From Fidelibacterota bacterium (lineage in GTDB: Bacteria > Fidelibacterota > Marinisomatia > Marinisomatales > TCS55), in the NCBI GenBank assembly GCA_014239435.1, contig JAAZYX010000033.1, positions 64,871-88,870 of the forward strand: a DNA stretch of 24,000 nt, written 5' to 3'. A program made the translations under genes and the position numbers. This document shows positions 18,596 through 24,000 of the stretch, piece by piece. Numbering within the stretch: the stretch's first letter is position 1; every line of letters starts with the position of its first letter. Below the pieces are notes generated by a model that saw only the letters and a list, made by a program, of their open reading frames with translations, had not been told where the DNA came from and did no database searches.

Positions 18596-20182
18596 TCAGG
18601 AACCTGCCTGATGCGCAATAATCAGCCAGCCTTTGGCTTCATTATCTTCCGGGTTCAACTCAAGGCTACGGTTCCACGCCGCTTTGGCAAGCTGCGTTTC
18701 CTGCATTTTCCAATACGTTACTCCCATGCCGAGATACGCTTTAGAATCGGATGGTTTGAGTTCCACCACTTCTTGAAATGCAGCCAGCGATTCTTTATAC
18801 ATGCTACGCTCGCGATAGGTTTTCCCAAGCGTTCGCATCGCGCCTGAAAGCCATGCGCTTGTATTAGAATTGATGCTCATTGCTTTGTCAAAAGCAGACC
18901 TTCCCTGCGCTGACTTGCCAATCCTGTTGTATTCTACTGCCAGCACATAATACGTCTGCGGTAGCAGCATGCGCACCAGCGGATGGTGCGGATCGTAGTG
19001 TAGCAAATCTTCCCACGCATTGGCGGCGCGACCCCATTCGGAGGCATTAAAATAGCTGAGTCCCTGCATGTACCGCGCATCCACATTGTAGGGATCCAGA
19101 TAAACGACATCGCTGTAGCCGAGAGCCGAATACACATATTTCCCCTGATTATAATAGAGGTTTGCCAGCGCCATATGGGATTCCTTGTTTTTTGGATCCA
19201 TATGGATAGCGTTCTGGTACGAAGTTTTTGCGTCGTCAATATCACCGAGGTCTTCGTGTCCTTTTCCCTGAAGATATACAAATCCGCTATGGTCAGGATG
19301 CTGTTCGGACGCTGATTTGGCGAGCATGATGGCTTGTTGTGTGTCGCCTGATTTCAATTTACTTCGGATTGCCATCATCTGTTGCGCGGGACCATCCGGA
19401 TGTTTTGTAGCTGAGCGTGACAACACTTCGCTGCTCATATTTTTCCCGCGGGATGATCCTAAAAAGGATGCCATTGCGTTCAATGTTTGATAATGGTCCG
19501 GATTGAGATCGAGCGCTTCTTCGTAAGAATGCTGCGCTTTCCCGAGATCGCCGACACGCGCATACAGCGAACCGAGAAAATAATGGTAATCCGGATTCAG
19601 CGGTTGTTTGACCAAGAGCCGAAAATACACATCTTTCGCTTGTTCAAATTCCTGTACCGATTCGTAATGCAGTCCAAGTTGACGCTGGAGGCGGATATTC
19701 TGCGGTTCTTTGTCCGCAGCTTTTTCATAATCCGCAGTGGTAAATGCTTGTCGGGAATCGAGCCGAACAAGTCGGCGTTCTTCCGGGCCTTTCAAGTACG
19801 ATGTTGCGCGGGTTAATTGATCAGAACTAACATTGAGCGCTTCCGTGATCGTGAATAATTCATCTGTAAATTCCGTAACACTAATTTTTGGCGGACGTGC
19901 ACGGTCAAGCGCTTCTTTTTTGGGTGCGGATTTCTTTTTCTTTGCTTTTTTCTTTTTGGTCGGTCGTTTCTTCTTCTTCTTTTTCGCTTTGCCCTTTTTC
20001 TTTTTCTTTGAAGATTTTTTCTTGGACGATTTCTTTTTCTTAGAGGATTTTTTCTTCTTTTTCTTCTTCTTCTTTTTGGTAGTTTGGGCAGATACGGCAG
20101 TGCTGAACATCGGCAAAACTCCGCCGATAATTACGGTTCCGATTAGGATTCGGATGAGCCAGGCTGTGAGTAGTCGCTTCAT
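18596..20182 (-). CDS. Exported tetratricopeptide-repeat protein with N-terminal poly-Lys/Ser tract
   Basis: 528 aa: signal peptide, ~55-residue Lys-rich tract, then multiple TPRs (PDYHYFLGSLYARVGDLGKAQHSYEEALDLNPDHYQT; SKAYLGMGVTYWKMQETQLAKAAWNRSLELNPEDNEAKGWL). Confidence 0.85.
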   Translation of the reverse strand: MKRLLTAWLIRILIGTVIIGGVLPMFSTAVSAQTTKKKKKKKKKKSSKKKKSSKKKSSKKKKKGKAKKKKKKRPTKKKKAKKKKSAPKKEALDRARPPKISVTEFTDELFTITEALNVSSDQLTRATSYLKGPEERRLVRLDSRQAFTTADYEKAADKEPQNIRLQRQLGLHYESVQEFEQAKDVYFRLLVKQPLNPDYHYFLGSLYARVGDLGKAQHSYEEALDLNPDHYQTLNAMASFLGSSRGKNMSSEVLSRSATKHPDGPAQQMMAIRSKLKSGDTQQAIMLAKSASEQHPDHSGFVYLQGKGHEDLGDIDDAKTSYQNAIHMDPKNKESHMALANLYYNQGKYVYSALGYSDVVYLDPYNVDARYMQGLSYFNASEWGRAANAWEDLLHYDPHHPLVRMLLPQTYYVLAVEYNRIGKSAQGRSAFDKAMSINSNTSAWLSGAMRTLGKTYRERSMYKESLAAFQEVVELKPSDSKAYLGMGVTYWKMQETQLAKAAWNRSLELNPEDNEAKGWLIIAHQAGS

Positions 20183-20201
20183 TGTAGGAAAATGAATTTA
20201 C

Positions 20202-20231
20202 AAAAACCTCCTTTTAGAAAAAGGGGTTTTT
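20202..20231 (-). terminator. Rho-independent terminator-like hairpin downstream of the metal cluster
   Basis: + strand AAAAACC-T-CCTTTT-AGA-AAAAGG-GGTTTTT: 13 bp stem with one bulged base and a 3-nt loop. On the minus strand it ends in GGTTTTTG just past the BNR gene stop (20256). Confidence 0.7.
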
Positions 20232-20255
20232 ACTCCCAAAAATTGCTCGAGTAAA

Positions 20256-21443
20256 TTACAATTTAGATACCGGAATCCATTTCGATTCCACTTTCCCGGA
20301 TTCGCCGCTGCTCGTCCATGCCAGAAAAATCTTTCTTCCGCTGCGTGCAATAACCGGGTAACCGCTGGCCCTTCCAGCATCAATTTCTGCCGCAATAAAC
20401 GGCTTTCCCAAACGACCATTAATCGAAACGGTCCGGAATACAATATGGGTATTTTCTTCCCCATATTCCATCCAGCTAGCCAATGCTCTACGTCCATCCA
20501 GCCACATGAGGTCCGTCCTGCCGATCGGCATTCCGCCGTCCAGCCGCTTCGGTTCCTGAAAAGTTTTTCCGTTATCATTCGATAAAGCAAACAGAACCTG
20601 CGGTGTTTCATTTGGTGATGTAAACCAGACAGATGCCAGCGAGTTTCCTCTTGAAGCGAGTTTCGGACCATTCACCGGACAGCCGGCAATCTTCCAATTG
20701 TCAGCATGAATCGGCGCCGGTTTTGTCCATTCTTTTTCGTTCAGCCGCACAACATACATATCTCGGATTTCCGTATCAGATCTGTCCCTGTACGCCAACA
20801 CAATTCCGTCTTTAGTTTCGACCGCCGATGTCGGGCAGCATTCGCAAACCTTGTCATCGAGCAGCGTTTCCGGCCCGAGTTTTCCGGATGCATCCAACGT
20901 TGTCGAAAACAAATTCATGGCGCCGTAATCGTGATCACCGTGGCCGGCGGTCATATTTCGCCCGTCCAGCCAAGCCAAAGCTAAAGAACCGTCAGGATTT
21001 GTGAAAAATGATACAAATCCGTGTTCTCCCTTTTTCCCGTCTCTGTGCGCCGTTATGGAAGACGTCCATGTGTGCCCGCGGTCAAATGACTGAGACACTT
21101 TCACATCGTAATCGTAAGGTCCGGTTCCGCTTTTTTGGGGCCAGTGCGCCGCAAAATTGTTTTCCCCGAAAAAGTAAATAGACGGAAAATCAGCCCAGTT
21201 TACAAAATAGTCTTCGCCTGAAGTAATCGTAACCGGCTCAGTCCATTGGGATCCTGCGTATTCAGACATTTTCAGGCTGAATTTTTCTCCCAACGGCTCA
21301 AACCAGCACACAGCAAATCCGCGGTCGGTTTCCGTGATATTCGGATACCGGCTGCCGGCACCTGTCGGAGCATCGGTTGAAGACCCGGCCAAAAGAATTT
21401 GGAAAAGTACCGGGATCAGAATGAGCCTCCGACCCCGATTCAA
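20256..21443 (-). CDS. BNR/sialidase-fold secreted protein
   Basis: 395 aa: signal-like RRLILIPVLFQILLAGSS; Asp-box-like segments (VSQSFDRGHTWTSS, LSNDNGKTFQEPKRL). Non-ATG start (see findings). Confidence 0.75.
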   Translation of the reverse strand: MNRGRRLILIPVLFQILLAGSSTDAPTGAGSRYPNITETDRGFAVCWFEPLGEKFSLKMSEYAGSQWTEPVTITSGEDYFVNWADFPSIYFFGENNFAAHWPQKSGTGPYDYDVKVSQSFDRGHTWTSSITAHRDGKKGEHGFVSFFTNPDGSLALAWLDGRNMTAGHGDHDYGAMNLFSTTLDASGKLGPETLLDDKVCECCPTSAVETKDGIVLAYRDRSDTEIRDMYVVRLNEKEWTKPAPIHADNWKIAGCPVNGPKLASRGNSLASVWFTSPNETPQVLFALSNDNGKTFQEPKRLDGGMPIGRTDLMWLDGRRALASWMEYGEENTHIVFRTVSINGRLGKPFIAAEIDAGRASGYPVIARSGRKIFLAWTSSGESGKVESKWIPVSKL

Positions 21444-21458
21444 GTTTACAATAATGGC

Positions 21459-21794
21459 TTACTCCTTGCCGGGGATTTTACAACACATGTCCAGCTTGGC
21501 ATATGCCTCTTTGTTTGCCGGAGTATCGTTCGCATCATATCCGGCGCCGGCAATGGCCTTTTCAATTGCCGCCATATCAAGCACGCCTGCTTCATATACA
21601 ACTTTGCCGACTTTCTTATCGTCATCAATTTCGATGCTTACAAAACCTTTCAGCCCTGACAATGCATTTTCAATATTCATGGAACACATGCCGCACTGCA
21701 TTGTGCTTAGTGCTACATCGGCTGTTTTATTTTTCTCTCCGCATGCAGAAATTATCATGGCCGCTGCTGCAATTAGAATTAGGGATTTTTTCAT
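21459..21794 (-). CDS. Heavy-metal-associated (HMA) domain lipoprotein
   Basis: Start placed at MKKSLILIAAAAMIISACGEKN (lipobox-like IISAC). HMA motif STMQCGMCSMNIENALSGLKGF...GKVVYEAGVLDMAAIEKAIAGAGYDA; C-terminal LDMCCKIPGKE. Met is codon 14 of the 124-aa ORF. Confidence 0.9.
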   Translation of the reverse strand: MKKSLILIAAAAMIISACGEKNKTADVALSTMQCGMCSMNIENALSGLKGFVSIEIDDDKKVGKVVYEAGVLDMAAIEKAIAGAGYDANDTPANKEAYAKLDMCCKIPGKE

Positions 21795-21822
21795 GGTATT
21801 TCCTTTCATTATTTTGGTGATA

Positions 21823-22812
21823 TCACTCCTCAAATTTAAAAAGAGTGAATGATTTTCGAACGCTTAGAGATCCACCCCAAACATCCGTTTTACTCGTTAC
21901 TTCTATTTCTTCCTGGCTCGTTACGCTCGTATTGAAATACACCGGAGAACGAGTAGAAACTGTTGCAAAATATCCGTTCTTCGTGAAGGTCAGACCGCCT
22001 CCGAGTTGCAAAACACTTCCACCGGAATTCGGCGCCTCTTCTCCATCCCAAATAGCCGGGTTTCGATATTGGCCAAGCAATTGGAAAAATGGAATCCCGC
22101 CCCAAAAGGATTTTGTCTGAATATAAACCAGCATCGCTCCGGAAAATTGTATTCCGGGCTTAAATCCGTACTCATTTGTTTCCAAAGGCACATCCACTTT
22201 CAACACGCCGCCCGGGAATATGGAACCGTCAGTCCGTCTGAAGTACTGGAATTCCGCATGACCTTTGACCACGCCTTCGCTCAAATTGAAATGCGTGTGG
22301 GATTCCCCGGCTTTCCCAAGTTTAAATGGATTTTCAGTCAAAGTATTGCTCGATGGAATAACGATTCCGCCGCCAATGAAAATCCGCTGGCCGGGGCCGA
22401 AAGTCGTATTCTCAAATAAATACCGAAGCGTAATTCGGGTATCCCCAAAACCAATTTTGTTTTCATCGCGGTGATGAATATTCGCGGCACGATAAAAATC
22501 CATGGATCTGTTTCCTGTCATAACATCTGCGCTCAAATTCCAATTATCGGAAAACCCGTAGGTTGCATTTATTTCCGCTAAACTTGAATTCAGATTTCCT
22601 TCGTGGTCGCCGCCGGATGCTTCCAGTTCGCTGTGCCACCATTCGATATTTTGCACCGTCATATTTGCACCAATGATAAGTTTTCCCTTATCTAAACCAA
22701 CTCCAGAATTGGCCGTCCCGACCGGGAGGCTTGGATTCGTTCAAAGAGGTCATTGGCCCCACAACAAAACAGACATAAAAAAAGGTATCAGATTTTTCAG
22801 CACACTTTTCAT
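21823..22812 (-). CDS. Outer-membrane beta-barrel protein; candidate selenoprotein with in-frame UGA codons 21 and 24
   Basis: The ORF track gives 21823..22662. Manual extension in the same frame to ATG 22812: MKSVLKNLIPFFMSVLLWGQ-(TGA)-P-L-(TGA)-TNPSLPVGTANSGVGLDKGKLIIGANMTVQNIEWW. The ATG overlaps the upstream stop as ATGA. The body has barrel-like alternating segments and terminal Phe-rich strands (GGSLSVRKSFTLFKFEE). Confidence is for the barrel CDS; the selenocysteine reading is a hypothesis. Confidence 0.75.
22711..22731 (-). promoter_or_regulatory. Candidate bacterial SECIS hairpin
   Basis: Minus strand GCC-TCCC-GGTC-GGGA-C-GGC (22730..22712): UCCC/GGGA stem plus GCC/GGC with one bulged C, apical loop GGUC. 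The loop starts 17 nt after TGA 22743..22741 and 26 nt after TGA 22752..22750. Confidence 0.5.
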
Positions 22813-23345
22813 GCTGATAATCCCTTCAATTTATTTTTCCCTAACAAGATGAAAGCAATACCATTCATGGCGATTTCAAACCACAGCAATACTATGTTCT
22901 CAATGTAAAATGAGAAATATGGATCTCGAATCATTTCCCACACCGGTATCTGCCCTTTTTCCGGCTGAACCGGATACACATCAAAATTGATCGAGCTGAA
23001 CGGATACAGCCATTGAATTCCAACCGTGCGTGCCGTAATCCAATCGGTAACCAGATGAAGCATGGCACCCAGGAAAATTGCGAGTGAAACGGGTTTCATC
23101 CAGCTGAAGTTTGAAAACATTCCCAATCCCGTCATTCCTGAAAAAATGAATAACCAAAAAATTGGTGTATGCAAAATCGAATGATGCCCCGCCACCGTTG
23201 TAGACCAAATTCCATCCACATCCGGCAGAATAGATGCAATCAGTAACACAGGTAAAAACGGTGCAGCGGTCTGAGAGGAATTTTCCTTTTGATGAAGGGC
23301 ATTTCCCAATAGGTATCCGGACGCTATATGTGATGGAAGAAACAT
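22809..23345 (-). CDS. YdjM-like membrane-bound metal-dependent hydrolase family protein
   Basis: 178 aa: MFLPSHIASGYLLGNAL...ASILPDVDGIWSTTVAGHHSILHTPIFWLF...AMLHLVTDWIT; conserved H/D motifs of this family. Confidence 0.8.
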   Translation of the reverse strand: MFLPSHIASGYLLGNALHQKENSSQTAAPFLPVLLIASILPDVDGIWSTTVAGHHSILHTPIFWLFIFSGMTGLGMFSNFSWMKPVSLAIFLGAMLHLVTDWITARTVGIQWLYPFSSINFDVYPVQPEKGQIPVWEMIRDPYFSFYIENIVLLWFEIAMNGIAFILLGKNKLKGLSA

Positions 23346-23348
23346 GAT

Positions 23349-23873
23349 TTAATGGATGTGCCGGTATCCTTTTTTCACCATCATCAAATTAATCGGCCAT
23401 GCGGCAACAAATCCTGCCGTAAGCGCAAATGCCATTCCAATCCAAAGAATAGGGTCAAACAATCCTGCCTGCATGAATCCTGGTGTGTACACTTCCACCA
23501 GCACTTCCGCCGTTTCCATGAATACTATGCTCAATCCTTCGGCCAACAGCACCTGCTTGAAAGCATTGTTGAAAGAATATCCGTGTTTCAGGAGGGGTTT
23601 CATTCCGAGGATAAATCCAAATACAAACCCAAGAGAAACCGCCAACGCAATGGATGGTATGATAGCCAAGCCGAGCTTCATGGCAATTAGCATTCCTACT
23701 ATTTCGCCGAGCCCGCAGCCCATCAGACAGTGCAGCGTCGCTGATGTGGCAAGTTTTGCGTCTGAAATCTCTTCGCCTCCGTTGTGATGCTCATGATGTT
23801 CATGCCCTTCATGGTCATGATCGTTTTTGTCGTGATCATGATGATCGTGACTATGGTCGTGTTCTGATGTCAT
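23349..23873 (-). CDS. DUF4396-like membrane protein with His-rich N-terminus
   Basis: MTSEHDHSHDHHDHDKNDHDHEGHEHHEHHNGGEE then ATLHCLMGCGLGEIVGMLIAMKLG...GFILGMKPLLKHGYSFNNAFKQVLLAEGLSIVFMETAEVLVE...AFALTAGFVAAWPINLMMVKKGYRHIH. Confidence 0.8.
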   Translation of the reverse strand: MTSEHDHSHDHHDHDKNDHDHEGHEHHEHHNGGEEISDAKLATSATLHCLMGCGLGEIVGMLIAMKLGLAIIPSIALAVSLGFVFGFILGMKPLLKHGYSFNNAFKQVLLAEGLSIVFMETAEVLVEVYTPGFMQAGLFDPILWIGMAFALTAGFVAAWPINLMMVKKGYRHIH

Positions 23874-23936
23874 AATATCGTTTTCCCTTTGAGATATTGA
23901 ATTAAAAAATTATTGCATTATAATTTCAAATTTTAT

Positions 23937-23971
23937 GAGAGTCTTTCGAGAAAATTCCCCGAAAGACTCTC
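23937..23971 (-). terminator. Strong inverted repeat, probable terminator of the off-window upstream gene
   Basis: Perfect 12-bp arms GAGAGTCTTTCG / CGAAAGACTCTC with an 11-nt loop, immediately upstream of the cluster beginning at 23873. Confidence 0.65.
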
Positions 23972-24000
23972 TTCCATTTTCTATGTTTTCTTACAACAGG

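Noticed and set aside
19833-20195. 120-aa plus-strand Phe-rich ORF
   Set aside because: Poly-Phe is the antisense reading of the poly-Lys codons of the TPR protein.
20198-20671. 157-aa minus-strand ORF overlapping the BNR gene
   Set aside because: Lies in another frame inside the BNR coding sequence, is Trp/Arg/Cys-rich with no recognisable motif, and runs through the terminator hairpin.
22663-22812. Genome-wide UGA reassignment (e.g. UGA=Trp or Gly) as the explanation of the in-frame TGAs
   Set aside because: TGA acts as a genuine stop for several confident genes, including the immediately upstream hydrolase (22809) and the Ig-like lipoprotein (869).
22663-22812. Simple frameshift or assembly error explaining the loss of the barrel's signal peptide
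   Set aside because: Signal peptide ATG (22812) and barrel body (22662) are in the same frame (exactly 50 codons apart), so no indel is needed. Two substitution errors would have to both create TGA at CxxC spacing. Not fully excluded.
1-24000. CRISPR arrays, tRNA/rRNA genes, transposases or prophage genes
   Set aside because: No regularly spaced repeats, tRNA-like cloverleafs or recognisable mobile-element proteins were seen in this window.

Overview
All recognisable genes in this 24 kb window lie on the minus strand; described in transcription order, high to low coordinate. (1) 23873-20256: a compact five-gene cluster. It encodes a His-rich DUF4396-type membrane protein, a YdjM-like membrane hydrolase, an outer-membrane beta-barrel, a heavy-metal-associated (HMA) domain lipoprotein and a BNR/sialidase-fold secreted protein. 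It is bracketed by strong hairpins at 23937-23971 and 20202-20231. (2) 20182-13933: a secreted poly-Lys/TPR protein, a TPR protein, ispG, small hypotheticals and comM. (3) 13905-12159: an FMN reductase, proline iminopeptidase and a decayed ferredoxin-reductase-like remnant. (4) 11979-1: a type IV pilus operon in the order prepilin, pilT, PilV-like, PilW-like, DUF4900/PilX-like, pilM, pilN, pilO, PilP-like, pilQ, Ig-like lipoprotein, pilB N-terminus. The most interesting observation is the true 5' end of the beta-barrel gene. The ORF track starts it at 22662, but it can be extended in frame to an ATG at 22812 that overlaps the upstream stop (ATGA). The extension encodes a signal peptide followed by TGA-CCT-CTT-TGA, i.e. 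U-P-L-U (CxxC-like), then clearly coding sequence. A GC-rich hairpin with a GGUC loop lies 17 nt after the second TGA, which fits a bacterial SECIS element. I propose a selenoprotein with a double-selenocysteine motif in a metal-handling operon. Nothing was verified by database search; family names come from my own recognition of the sequences.
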